64,000 bases of DNA from Candidatus Poseidoniales archaeon (GTDB taxonomy: Archaea > Thermoplasmatota > Poseidoniia > Poseidoniales > Poseidoniaceae): assembly GCA_003602575.1 (NCBI GenBank), contig QQRY01000018.1, positions 21,632 through 85,631 on the forward strand, written 5' to 3'. Every line of letters begins with the position of its first letter. Position 1 is the stretch's first letter. The position numbers and the translations under genes are program-made. Positions 26,088-37,200 of the stretch are shown here, piece after piece. Under the pieces are notes generated by a model. It was not told where the DNA came from. It made no database searches and was given only the letters and a program-made list of their open reading frames with translations.

Positions 26088-28265
26088 ATGAGCGAGCAAT
26101 CCACAGGCGAGTCTGGTGAAAACCAAGTTTCACAAGAGTTTGTTCAAATGGAAAGAGAACTGAATAAAGAAACTTCAGTTCTTTCGCTAATGAGGGAACA
26201 GATGAAATCTATGGTTGGCATGGTTTCAATGTTTGTTATAACAATAATAATTTCTTTATTCATTAGACCTTGGTATGACGTTGCAGAATTGCATGCTTTT
26301 GGTGAAGCTGGCTCGACACAAGCAAGGTATATTGTTCTTGAATTAGTGATGATATTTTTATTTACAGCATTCGTTATTATGCTGGCAAGATACAAGAAGG
26401 AATGGCTGATAAAATATGGGATTTTAGGTGTTCTTACCATTGCATTAATGTATACTACAGTACCATTAGCACATATGTTTGTGATAGATTTTGATAGTGA
26501 TGAATTTCAATATACTGATTCATTTGAATCTGAGGAAACATACTTGACAGATATTGGTATGGGTGCTTTCATAACTCATGACTTGATTGGAAATAGTACC
26601 AACTGGCAAGATTCTGTTAGTTATTGGAATCAAGATAGTATGGCAACTGGAACTCCTGAGTGGACATATAATCAAGACCGCCTTCCAGCAGGAGATTCAC
26701 AAATTTTCCGTGTCGTGAAATCATCAGATCATATTACAATCACTAATGGTGCTTGGATATCCTCAATAGACATCGAGTCAGGTCAGATGATTGAAAATTA
26801 TGCTTGCTATTCAGAAGATGGCGGACAATTTACTCTAGGTACTGATTACGGTATGTGTGATATGGCTGTAATTGTTGATGGAGGCGTTTACACTTTCTCT
26901 ACCGGTGGCGACGTAATATTTTATCGAACATTTGAAGAGTCGCCCGGCGTAATGGCTTATCAATCAAAATGGGGACTTCCTCCAAATATCGACATTAGAA
27001 ATGAATTCATTGATGCAACTATGATCGAGGATGAAAGGATGCTTCTGGTCACTAAATCTAGTGCAATTGTAATGCACTTGGAGGAGAACTCAGGAACTTT
27101 AGATATCGATCTCCAGAAAATTATATTCCAGTATGATTCAGAAAGTAAAATTACTAGCGTTGATTTTGGACATTCCCCATGGTCGAAGAATAATATTTCA
27201 TCCAATATGGGGGATGAAGGTTTACTGATTATTGGTGAGCAAGATGGAACTATAACTGGCTGGGAATGGCAAGATAATTTGCCAAATGACGATGGAGCAT
27301 TTACCGTTCAAGAAAAAATGAAGTTGGATAATTTCATCGATTCAGTACAAAATGTTCAGATTACTGATTTAGATGAATCAGGTTTTACAGACTTATTAGT
27401 TACCTCTGATGACACCTCTTATTGGCTTCATACTAAACTTTTGAAGAATAAGGTCTCATTCCCTGCAAGTGAAAATTTCTCGATTGGTATTTTTGTAAGT
27501 GATGCAGATGATAAGGTTCAGTATCATTCAATCAATGCTAACCAATTACTTTCGGTTGAGAGTGGTGAAATAACAGAGGAAATGTTCGTTTTAGAAGGTT
27601 TACAACTTTATGAAACACAGTTCATAATAGGGGTAATTGTGGCTTTAGTTCTCATGGTTTTATTGTATGTCCACAGTGAATGGTATGTGGTAAATACAGT
27701 TGGTGTACTTGTTGGGGCTGGAGTAATTGTAATGCTTGGAGTCGCATTTGTCCCAACTTTGATAATAATTTTCATGATTCTAGCCGCTATTTATGATGCA
27801 TGGGCCGTTTACAAATCGAAACATATGCTTGAACTAGCAGATACAATGATTGGATTACAATTGCCAATTTTACTTGTAGCTCCTCAAGATAAAGGGTATT
27901 CATTTAGAGATGAGAAAGCCCCGATTTCAGATATAGATAGATCAGAAATACCAGAACCAAAGATTAACAAAAATAAACCGAAGAAGAATAAAGAAGCTAT
28001 GTTTATGGGTCTAGGCGATGTTATATTCCCTGGAATGTTGGTTCTTTCAGCAGTACAGTGGCTTGACTCTGATTATGGCTTAAGTGTTGCAATATCTACT
28101 CTTATTGGCGGCTTATTAGGATATACAGCATTGATGACTTATGTTGCAAGAGGTAAAGCACAAGCCGGTCTTCCGTTGTTGAATGGAGGGGCGATACTAG
28201 GATATTTCATCGGTGGTTTGATTTTTGCCGGAACAGCAATATTTGAATTAGGAATTACATGGTAG
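26088..28265 (+). CDS. Presenilin-family intramembrane aspartyl protease (PSH) with large soluble insertion
   Basis: AAIYDAWAVYKSKHM (YD), FMGLGD (GxGD), QAGLPLLNGG; long hydrophilic insert between N-terminal TM helices. Confidence 0.88.
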   Translation: MSEQSTGESGENQVSQEFVQMERELNKETSVLSLMREQMKSMVGMVSMFVITIIISLFIRPWYDVAELHAFGEAGSTQARYIVLELVMIFLFTAFVIMLARYKKEWLIKYGILGVLTIALMYTTVPLAHMFVIDFDSDEFQYTDSFESEETYLTDIGMGAFITHDLIGNSTNWQDSVSYWNQDSMATGTPEWTYNQDRLPAGDSQIFRVVKSSDHITITNGAWISSIDIESGQMIENYACYSEDGGQFTLGTDYGMCDMAVIVDGGVYTFSTGGDVIFYRTFEESPGVMAYQSKWGLPPNIDIRNEFIDATMIEDERMLLVTKSSAIVMHLEENSGTLDIDLQKIIFQYDSESKITSVDFGHSPWSKNNISSNMGDEGLLIIGEQDGTITGWEWQDNLPNDDGAFTVQEKMKLDNFIDSVQNVQITDLDESGFTDLLVTSDDTSYWLHTKLLKNKVSFPASENFSIGIFVSDADDKVQYHSINANQLLSVESGEITEEMFVLEGLQLYETQFIIGVIVALVLMVLLYVHSEWYVVNTVGVLVGAGVIVMLGVAFVPTLIIIFMILAAIYDAWAVYKSKHMLELADTMIGLQLPILLVAPQDKGYSFRDEKAPISDIDRSEIPEPKINKNKPKKNKEAMFMGLGDVIFPGMLVLSAVQWLDSDYGLSVAISTLIGGLLGYTALMTYVARGKAQAGLPLLNGGAILGYFIGGLIFAGTAIFELGITW

Positions 28266-28272
28266 GGTTATT

Positions 28273-29565
28273 ATGCTAGGTATTCATATTTTTAGAGAAA
28301 CACCGGAACTGATTCGTGCCGACCACGATAAAAGAGGAATCCCTCACGAAAAGATAGATCAAGTAATCGATTATGATAAAAAATGGTTAAGTTTACAACA
28401 TCAAACCAATCAATTACGTCAAAAGAAGAATACAGCAGCAAAAGGAATTGGTGCTGCAAAGAAGTCGGGTGATGATGCAAAAGCTCAACAGATACTAGCA
28501 GAGGTCGCAAGTTTAGGAACAGAGATATCCTCTTTAGAAAAACAAACCGATGAAGCATTAGATATGCGCGATAAAATAAGAATGACAATACCAAATATTC
28601 TTCACAAAGATGTCCCTGTTGGAGCGGACGAAGAGGGTAATACACTGCACAGTGTGCATGGAACTAAACCAGAATTTGATTTTGAGCCAAGAACTCATAA
28701 TGAATTAATTGAGATGAATAAGTGGGTTGATCTAAAACGAGCGGCTAAGATTACAGGCAGTAGATTCTTTTTCTTGAAAGGTGATTTAGCCCGTCTTGAA
28801 TTTGCTTTACAACAATTTTCTGTAGATTTTATTCGAAGTCGAGGCTATAGTTTCGTTCAACCTCCAATGATGATGAATAGAGAGTCATACGAAGGAGTGA
28901 CAGATTTAGCAGATTTTGAAACCGTAATGTATGGTGTTGAACCAGATGGCTATTACATGATTGCAACATCAGAACATCCACTGACTTCTATGTTCATGAA
29001 TGAAACTATTCCAGAAGAACAACTACCTTTGAAAATAGTAGGATTATCTCCATGCTTCCGTAGGGAAGTAGGTTCTCATGGGCAGTCGGATTTAGGAATT
29101 TGGCGTGTTCATCAATTCACAAAAATTGAACAGATAATTATCTCCAAGCCCGAAGAATCATGGGAATTACAAGAAGAACTGTTGAAAAATTGTGTAGATT
29201 TGTGGGATGAACTTGGTATTCACTATGAAGTTGTCAATATTTGTACTGGTGATATGGGTACAGTAGCTGCAAAGAAATATGATTTAGAAGCCTGGATTCC
29301 TGGTGCTAAGCAGTATAAAGAAATTGTATCTTGTTCTAATTGCACCGATTATCAAGCCAATAGGCTTCAAATCAGATATGGCCAACCAGGGCATTCAGGG
29401 CAACCGATTGCTCATACTTTGAATTCGACCGCAGTCGCAACTTCTAGGGCTCTTGTTGCAATCATGGAACAGTACCAAATGGAAGATGGACGTGTAAAGA
29501 TTCCTGAAGTTCTAAGGCCACATATGGGCGGGCAAGAAATTCTAGAACCTTGTAATTGGGGATAA
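28273..29565 (+). CDS. serS: Serine--tRNA ligase
   Basis: N-terminal coiled coil, ATSEHP, CFRREVG, RVHQFTKIEQ, EIVSCSNCTDYQ, HTLNST. Confidence 0.97.
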   Translation: MLGIHIFRETPELIRADHDKRGIPHEKIDQVIDYDKKWLSLQHQTNQLRQKKNTAAKGIGAAKKSGDDAKAQQILAEVASLGTEISSLEKQTDEALDMRDKIRMTIPNILHKDVPVGADEEGNTLHSVHGTKPEFDFEPRTHNELIEMNKWVDLKRAAKITGSRFFFLKGDLARLEFALQQFSVDFIRSRGYSFVQPPMMMNRESYEGVTDLADFETVMYGVEPDGYYMIATSEHPLTSMFMNETIPEEQLPLKIVGLSPCFRREVGSHGQSDLGIWRVHQFTKIEQIIISKPEESWELQEELLKNCVDLWDELGIHYEVVNICTGDMGTVAAKKYDLEAWIPGAKQYKEIVSCSNCTDYQANRLQIRYGQPGHSGQPIAHTLNSTAVATSRALVAIMEQYQMEDGRVKIPEVLRPHMGGQEILEPCNWG

Positions 29566-32097
29566 CTAAAGGTCCAATAATCCTGCTTTCTTAATGGCCT
29601 CTAAATTAAGTTGGCCAGGCAATCCTAGATCTACTGGCATTCCTCCAATTGTTACGATAATTCCAGTTAAGTGAGTAAAAAGACAGGGCGGGAAGTCTCT
29701 TTCCTCTTTGTATTTTGATAGTACTTTCCAACCATTGGCGCCTTTAGATTTAGCTTTGTCAAGCGTATCTTCAACAGAGTGAGCAATCCATGCATTAGCA
29801 TTCCATGCATGCTTTTGCAAATCTTTTGTCACCAATGCTGGCGCTGGAGCGACCGTATGCCTGTAAGGCCATGCTTGAACCCAGTCAAGTCCGGAGTCAA
29901 TTAACCATTCAATACCGGTTGGCTCACTGCTTGCTGAAATTGTCTCTCCAATCGATTCTAGATATCTGAGTAAGCTCCTTAGGTGAGGATGTCTAGAACG
30001 GTTACGACCTAGTGTTTCAGCGATATTTGTTGCAGTATTTACTCTTCCCTCATCGAGATGAAGTAGACTTCTAACAACTTCCCCATGAGTCCAATCTTGG
30101 ATTTCATTATCTTTGATAAATCTCTCAATTTTATTTAGCGCTACTCCGGAACGTCCTTCTAACCTTAGTCTAGCAACATCTCCAAGAATTATCATTTTAT
30201 CAGCGGGTGTATTCCTCATTTTCAAAGTTGAAACTGCAACGTTCTGCTCGAACCTTTTAACCAAATCTATATTTCTTTTAGTAAGTGGATCCATTGTGAG
30301 TAATGAGGAAATCGTAGGATTTAATGGCCGCTTTTTAGGTTGCATCAACGAGGCAAACCACTGTAATCTTGCAGATTCAACATCATCATCAGGAATCATA
30401 TTCAATCTTGGCTTTGCTTCTGCTAAGTCTCTTTGACTCAGACTTGCTGCAACTAAAATCAATCGAGCAATTTGTGCTTCTCTACCCCCGCGAAGAGCGA
30501 GAATCGAAACAGCATTATTTTCAGCGTCATCCCATCTGCCCATGGCAGCATAAATTTCCATCATAGCATCAGTTTTTCTTAGTAAGTCTAGGCCTTCTAG
30601 TTGTTTTCCATGCCCTTCGATTACCGAGTCTATACGGATTAATGCTTTGTCCCACTGGTCTTCCATAATCAAATTTCTAATCGCCTTCTGTTTTAGATAA
30701 ATTACATCTTCTAATTGTGACATTCGTGCCCTATCTTCACCCATAGAGGCATCAAAAGAGATATCTTCTAAACTAGAACCAATCTTTCTCGAACGTGCCC
30801 AAATCACTATGAAAGCAACTTGTCCACCCGATGCCAACATCCAAGTTAATTCTTCAAGAGAATCCTTTTGTAAAACATTACAGATACTATTCTCCCAAAC
30901 CCCACACTGATCTCCTTGTGGCAGGAAACTTGAATCCCAAAATGTAATCATTGCTAAAGCTAACAATAACATTGATTGGCCAGCAAATCCGGTAAAACAG
31001 AAATTTAGGACCTTTGCTTGTTGAGACCTTTCCGCTCTAAGTAATCTACTATCAGCCAATTTAATTCCACCTTTGCCTGATACATCTTGGACATCTAAGA
31101 ATAATATTCTAGCAACTTCATATACGAATAAGAATCCGATTAATGCGACGTTGAGGAGTAAAAATAGTAGCACCATACTAACCATCGGTACTCTGATTCC
31201 ATCCTCTGGGATAAATGAGAACAGTTCTATCAATGCAAAACCAAGTATGCCTCCTTCTTCCATGATGGATGATTGGACTCTATACTCCGGCAATTCTAGC
31301 ACCCTATCAGAGTGGGTAAACAAATCCGGACTAATCGATAATGCCACTATGGATAAAACAGTATTTAGAGCAACATATGGCATAGCAATAAGGTTGATAT
31401 TGACAATTAGAGCGATTGCTTGTTGCTTAGCATTTGGTTTATGATTATGGAATGGAGACGCTTCTCCCTTGGCAATTTGTTGTGAAGACTGTCTCAATGC
31501 TTGCCAAGATGAACCAAGAACTCTTCCATAGGCTAATACAGCCGGAGCGAAGGCAACAAAAGTACAGATACTAAAGATTCGAAATGTTGGGACATCAAGT
31601 ATATCTAGAATTAATCCTAATGCAAATACTAGGGCCATCCACAAAATTGTTAGTAGGACATATGAATAACTGCGCCAAATATTAGAATCTTGTAATGTAG
31701 CTCTACCCTCTCCAATAGGCTTAATCACTTGCGCTCCTAAAGATGAACCACTGGAAATTACCGCTGGTACTGCAATAAAGCAAAGGCCAATAGCCAGTGT
31801 CAGTGCATGATATCCCCCATAAAGTCCCAGTCGGATTGTCATGAACTCAAAGAAGAGAATTAGGGCACCTGTTAGAGCAAAGAGATAGGTAGTGACACCA
31901 AACCTCATACCTTGAGTGGATAGTAATTTCTTAACATCGTCAGTAGAAGTTGTTACTCTATGGACTTCATATCGCTTTTCACCGGTTTGGAATGCCACTT
32001 GAAGTCCGCGTAACTGTCTTGGAACCACTTGAGTCCAAAATATCCATGCTGTTAATCCAGCCAAAATGAAGGGAATTATCGCTGCCGGAGTTACCAC
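29566..32097 (-). CDS. Hypothetical polytopic membrane protein with helical (TPR-like) C-terminal domain
   Basis: 843-aa ORF; about nine TM segments followed by helical repeats (e.g. YAAMGRWDDAE). Confidence 0.7.
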   Translation of the reverse strand: MVTPAAIIPFILAGLTAWIFWTQVVPRQLRGLQVAFQTGEKRYEVHRVTTSTDDVKKLLSTQGMRFGVTTYLFALTGALILFFEFMTIRLGLYGGYHALTLAIGLCFIAVPAVISSGSSLGAQVIKPIGEGRATLQDSNIWRSYSYVLLTILWMALVFALGLILDILDVPTFRIFSICTFVAFAPAVLAYGRVLGSSWQALRQSSQQIAKGEASPFHNHKPNAKQQAIALIVNINLIAMPYVALNTVLSIVALSISPDLFTHSDRVLELPEYRVQSSIMEEGGILGFALIELFSFIPEDGIRVPMVSMVLLFLLLNVALIGFLFVYEVARILFLDVQDVSGKGGIKLADSRLLRAERSQQAKVLNFCFTGFAGQSMLLLALAMITFWDSSFLPQGDQCGVWENSICNVLQKDSLEELTWMLASGGQVAFIVIWARSRKIGSSLEDISFDASMGEDRARMSQLEDVIYLKQKAIRNLIMEDQWDKALIRIDSVIEGHGKQLEGLDLLRKTDAMMEIYAAMGRWDDAENNAVSILALRGGREAQIARLILVAASLSQRDLAEAKPRLNMIPDDDVESARLQWFASLMQPKKRPLNPTISSLLTMDPLTKRNIDLVKRFEQNVAVSTLKMRNTPADKMIILGDVARLRLEGRSGVALNKIERFIKDNEIQDWTHGEVVRSLLHLDEGRVNTATNIAETLGRNRSRHPHLRSLLRYLESIGETISASSEPTGIEWLIDSGLDWVQAWPYRHTVAPAPALVTKDLQKHAWNANAWIAHSVEDTLDKAKSKGANGWKVLSKYKEERDFPPCLFTHLTGIIVTIGGMPVDLGLPGQLNLEAIKKAGLLDL

Positions 32098-32136
32098 ATC
32101 AATTATCGGTGGAGCGGAAATAAAATCACCTCATAA

Positions 32137-34158
32137 TCAATCTTCATTAACAGCCAAACTAGGTATTGAAATTTTATTCGCAATCTCGTCGTTTATTTGA
32201 ATAACAAAATCATCTAAAGCAATACCTGACACTTGATCTCCATTACGGGCTCTAAGGCTAACGGTTCTACTATCTTCTTCCCCATCACCTAAAATAATCA
32301 TATAGGCAGGTTGAAGTTTTCTATGATTTCTAATCTTTTTACCAATTGTGTCGTCACCATCGTCAATTTGAACTCGAACATTATTATCTCGTAAAATTTG
32401 CGCTACTTCATGGGCATATTTCTTGTGTCTTTCAGAGATGGTAATTATGTGGCATTGAGTTGGAGTTAGCCATGTTGGGAACTTGCCAGCAAAATGCTCG
32501 ATGAGTACTCCACAAAATCTTTCCATTGAACCAAATGGGGCGCGATGAATCATTACAGGTCTATGCATTTCACCATCATTTCCTTTGTAAGATAAATCAA
32601 ACCTTTCCGGTAAATTATAATCCACTTGAACAGTACCTAATTGCCATTCACGGCCGATTACATCTTTCACTACGAAGTCGATTTTTGGACCATAGAATGC
32701 GGCTTCACCTTGCTCTTCAGACCAGTCGACACCTAGAGATTCAGCGGCGTCTCGACATGCTTTTTCGGCTTTATCCCAGCGTTCAGGTTCTCCTACGTAC
32801 TTCGTTGAATCAGGATCTCTTAGCCCGACACGAACTCTATAATCGGTCATCCCTAATTTATCAAATATTATCTGCACTAATTCGATGCATCCAAGTACTT
32901 CTTCTCCTATTTGATCTTCAGTAACAAAGAGATGAGCATCATCTTGAGTGAAACCTCTAACTCTTGTCATTCCTGAAATTTCTCCGGATTGCTCCCATCG
33001 ATATACGGTTCCGAACTCCGCTAGTCTTAGAGGTAGATCTCGATATGAACGAGCTTGCGAGGCATAAATTTTGACATGGTGTGGGCAGTTCATCGGCTTG
33101 AGCATATATCCATCGATGTCTCCACTTTTCATCATATTCGATAATTCGGAACAAGAACACCCATCATCTGATAATTTCTTCATTAGGTCCTTTTCAACCA
33201 ATGGAGGATATTGTGAATCTTGGTAATAAGGGAAATGCCCAGAAGTACGGTACAAGTCTAACTTTCCTATGTGAGGTGTAAAGACTTGAGAATAGCCCTG
33301 CCTTCGAAGATGGCTACTAATGAAATCTTGTAATTCTTGGCGAATAATAGAGCCCCTAGGTGTCCAGAGAATCAGTCCTTGGCCTACTTCCTCGTCTATG
33401 TGGAATAACTGTAGGTCCTTACCTAACTTACGATGGTCTCTCTTTTTTGCCTCCTCCATTCGGTGTAGAGTTGATTTCAATGCATCTTTGGTTGGTTCAA
33501 CAATTCCATAAATTCTTACCAACTGTTCTCTATCCTGGTCGCCCCTCCAATATGCAGACGAGACGCTGGTTAGTTTGCAAAACATCAGTCTAGAGGTATT
33601 TGGTACGTGAGGTCCAAGACATAAATCATACCAATCTCCTTGTTTGTAGATTGTTGAACCTCCGCCATCTTCGATTTTATCGCTGATTATTTCTAATTTG
33701 TAAGGATTATCAGCAAAATGCTGTTGTAATTCTTCGTCGGTTAACTCTAACCTTTCGACTGTAAAATTCTTCCTTGCTAGCTCTTGCATTTTCTTCTGAA
33801 TTGGTTTGAGGTCAGACTCGGCTATTGGGTCCATTGCAAAATCATAGTAAAAACCTCTATCAATAGCAGGGCCGATTGTCGGTTTTGCATCAGGATATAA
33901 TTCCATGACAGCCTGTGCTAAAAGGTGTGCTGCACTATGTCTAAGGATGTGCATACCTTCATCTGATTGCGATAAAATACCTTCAACCGAGGAGGACTGT
34001 TCAATTTGATATGACATATCTCTTTGAATCCCATCAACATTTGCCGCTAAACAGCCATGTTTTCTTCCAAGAACATCGGTCACTACTTCGGCACATGTTA
34101 TTCCTGACGCATATTCATTGACAGTTCCGTCGGGCAATGTGATATTTATTAGAGCCAT
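32137..34158 (-). CDS. thrS: Threonine--tRNA ligase, bacterial type
   Basis: TGS domain (ITLPDG), HSAAHLLAQA, DLCLGPH, KPMNCPHH, RVRGFTQDDAH, AFYGPKID, HRAPFGSMERF; SD GGAGA before ATG 34158. Confidence 0.96.
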   Translation of the reverse strand: MALINITLPDGTVNEYASGITCAEVVTDVLGRKHGCLAANVDGIQRDMSYQIEQSSSVEGILSQSDEGMHILRHSAAHLLAQAVMELYPDAKPTIGPAIDRGFYYDFAMDPIAESDLKPIQKKMQELARKNFTVERLELTDEELQQHFADNPYKLEIISDKIEDGGGSTIYKQGDWYDLCLGPHVPNTSRLMFCKLTSVSSAYWRGDQDREQLVRIYGIVEPTKDALKSTLHRMEEAKKRDHRKLGKDLQLFHIDEEVGQGLILWTPRGSIIRQELQDFISSHLRRQGYSQVFTPHIGKLDLYRTSGHFPYYQDSQYPPLVEKDLMKKLSDDGCSCSELSNMMKSGDIDGYMLKPMNCPHHVKIYASQARSYRDLPLRLAEFGTVYRWEQSGEISGMTRVRGFTQDDAHLFVTEDQIGEEVLGCIELVQIIFDKLGMTDYRVRVGLRDPDSTKYVGEPERWDKAEKACRDAAESLGVDWSEEQGEAAFYGPKIDFVVKDVIGREWQLGTVQVDYNLPERFDLSYKGNDGEMHRPVMIHRAPFGSMERFCGVLIEHFAGKFPTWLTPTQCHIITISERHKKYAHEVAQILRDNNVRVQIDDGDDTIGKKIRNHRKLQPAYMIILGDGEEDSRTVSLRARNGDQVSGIALDDFVIQINDEIANKISIPSLAVNED

Positions 34159-34291
34159 TAGGCCATCTCCTACAATGTTGGGGGTTCGCTTATCCTTCAT
34201 GAAACCGCCGCACTAATTACCATGAGAAGTGGCTAATTTATTGATGCGATGAAGGGTAAGTATTGAAGAGTAGTAGGATACACATAATACC

Positions 34292-37200
34292 ATGAGCAAT
34301 CGAATTATGCCGTGCATAATGATTACACTACTGATGCTATTATCGCCCTTGTCGACTTCTGCTCAAATTCCAACTACTGGTGAACCCGAAATAAATGCCT
34401 TATGGATTTTAGACGATAATGGTGTAAATGCCCATGCATACAGAATTACTTTCGCTGATAATTCCTCTTTTGATATTGAAATTGATATTGCTCACATAAG
34501 GGATGGAATCGAGTTAGAAACTTATGAGTTACTCCAATGGAATAGTATCGAATCTCGTAGGGTTGTTGATGTTTTTGTTAATACTACGTTGCAGTGGGGT
34601 GATGAAGTAACTATTACTGTTGATATCAATGCTGTTGACGGTGTACCTATATCGCCCGTTTCAGCCACTAGAGTTATGGATATTGGAACATGGAATCAAC
34701 CAATGGATGACCATGAGATTATGCTTTCCACTGTATGGGATTTAGATCAATCATACGATAATGAAGAAGGGGAGCAGGGCTTTTTCTTAAATTTTGAAGG
34801 ACAGGGATGGCAGAAAAGAGAAGGAGAGATACTTAATTCATGGGAATTAGGCAATGGTTCGTTCATAACTCTTGAATCTACCAATGGTTCAACAAGTAAT
34901 CTATCCTTGGTACTCGAGTCAATTTGGAAAAATGAAACAATTGTTGGAGGAGTTTTAACCACTCAGATTTTCGATGCTAAGGGATATGGCGTTCTAAACT
35001 TAATAGATGATGATGGTGAAACACAAACTCATATTTTGGCTAATGTTTCCGATGCTTGGTTAAACAGGTCGATGATTGGAGAGGATGTATCAGAGAGGCT
35101 ACGCTTAGAGGCAACTGGAATGTTGAATATTTCTTCAACTGAATCCAATGAATCATCTACAAATATTGACGGCGAAGTCAGTGTATTCTATCTCGAAACA
35201 TGGGATGAGAATGGAGTTCGTAGATTACAAGATCAACAATTTGAAGCATTAGCAGAACTAATTATCATAGATGAAGGGACTCGATTAGATATTTCCTTGG
35301 AAGGTCTAACTTCTTCAGAACGTTGGGAAGAAGGTATCAGAGTAATGCAAAAAGAGGAATTTATAGGTAGTGGGACATTTGGATTTGATGAACAAGATAA
35401 TGAATCATCAATCGCAGTAAATGGGACAATATATGATTTCCACTCATTGGTAGAGGACGGTCAGACAAAAATCGATGATATTCATGTCGATGGTGATATC
35501 ACGGGTGATGTCCAAGGGTCTTTTGGAATCGTGAGATATATTGAAGAAACTGGTCAACAACTCAATGCTTCAGGTGTCAGTTTCTTAGTTAACGTCATTC
35601 ATGAAGAAACATGGTTCAATCTAACCGGAATAAATGGTGGAAATTTCTTTGATGGTGCAGGAATCGGCTCTAGTAACAATAATACTTGGGATTATCAGGT
35701 AGTACAATCAGATTGGGAAAATCGCACAGTTCGTTTGGTTTGGGAAGAAACAGGACCAGATGCTTCAAGTGGAGAAGAGTTCCCAGAAAATAGCCCAGTT
35801 CAGAATAATGCTTCAGCCCCAGAGGCTGAGGAAGGCCTTGGTAATGTTTCTATTTCTAGAGAAACCGGGTTAATGCCAATCCCAATGATTCCAGGAGATA
35901 CTGTTCGTCTTGATGGGCAAGCGGGACTTATTCTAGAAATAACCACAGATTCAGTATCTTTCGACCCTCGTGACGGTCATAATTTCCATGTTGTAACTTG
36001 GAGCGGCGAATATGAAGGGGACGGCTCAGGATATGCATCAGGGGCAATAATCGATCAAGGCCCTCTCAAAGGATTATTATCGAATGTCAACAGAACTTTG
36101 GAGATTCCATATGGTGAGGATAATAATACTGCTTTTCTCAATGAAAGCCAAACTTTAGAGCGTGTTCTTTCACCTTCAATCGTAACTTTAGAAGAAAATT
36201 CTGCACCGGTCATTGGCGAAGTTTACCTACAGCAAGGCATAGTTATTGGAGAGGGTGGAAGTAGTGCTACTCTAGTTGCCAATGTGACAGACATCGACTG
36301 GAATATCGACACTGTAATAGTTGATTTGACTCCAATCGGCGGCGATATTGTAGAAATGAATGATAGGGGATTAAATGGCGACCAATCAGTCGGTGATGAT
36401 TTATTTTCCATTATCATTTCAGTCCCAGGCCTTGAGACAGGAATTATTGAATTGAATGTTACTGCTTCAGATAAATTTGGAGTAATAACAACTGCTTCTG
36501 GGCAAATAGAGATAATCAATCAAGCTCCTAGGTTGACTTCGGTTGAAATCCTTCCAAATATAGGGTACAGGGGCGCTATTTTAGTAGTCAATGCACAAGC
36601 TTATGATGGTCATGGAGTTGGTAATGTAAGCATTGATTTGAGAAATTATGGAGGGCAGCAGATCTCACTTGTTCAAACATCAGGAATTTGGGCTGGACAA
36701 ATAATTATTCCACAAGGTATGGATCCTGGTTTTCAAGATATTGAATTCATACTAGAAGATGGACTAGGAAAGTTAGGGACCTCAAATGTATGGTATCAAG
36801 ATCAAGCAGATAGTCAAGACCCAAGAGGTCCTCATTTTATTTCCGATGAGGTTACGGTTCCAATTGAGATTAAAGTGTTAAATTCGGCTCCTGAAATCAT
36901 AGTTCCTAATGGATTGAAGTTCACAAGGCCAGAATCTCCTTCTACAGAAACCATAGAAGTCCAAATTTTAGATTCTGATGGTATTTCCAATGCCCGAGCA
37001 CAACTAGGAGTTTTTGCTCCACTGGGAAGTGATGGTGGTTGGACAATTATGCGTGATGATGGAACCAATGGGGATAGAGTTGCAAATGATGGAAACTTCA
37101 CTGTAGAAATCTCTTTGAGAAGTAGTACTCCTGAAGGAACTCATGATATCTTGATACAAGCAGCGGATCAGTATGATGTCGTCTCAGGTACAATTCCGAT

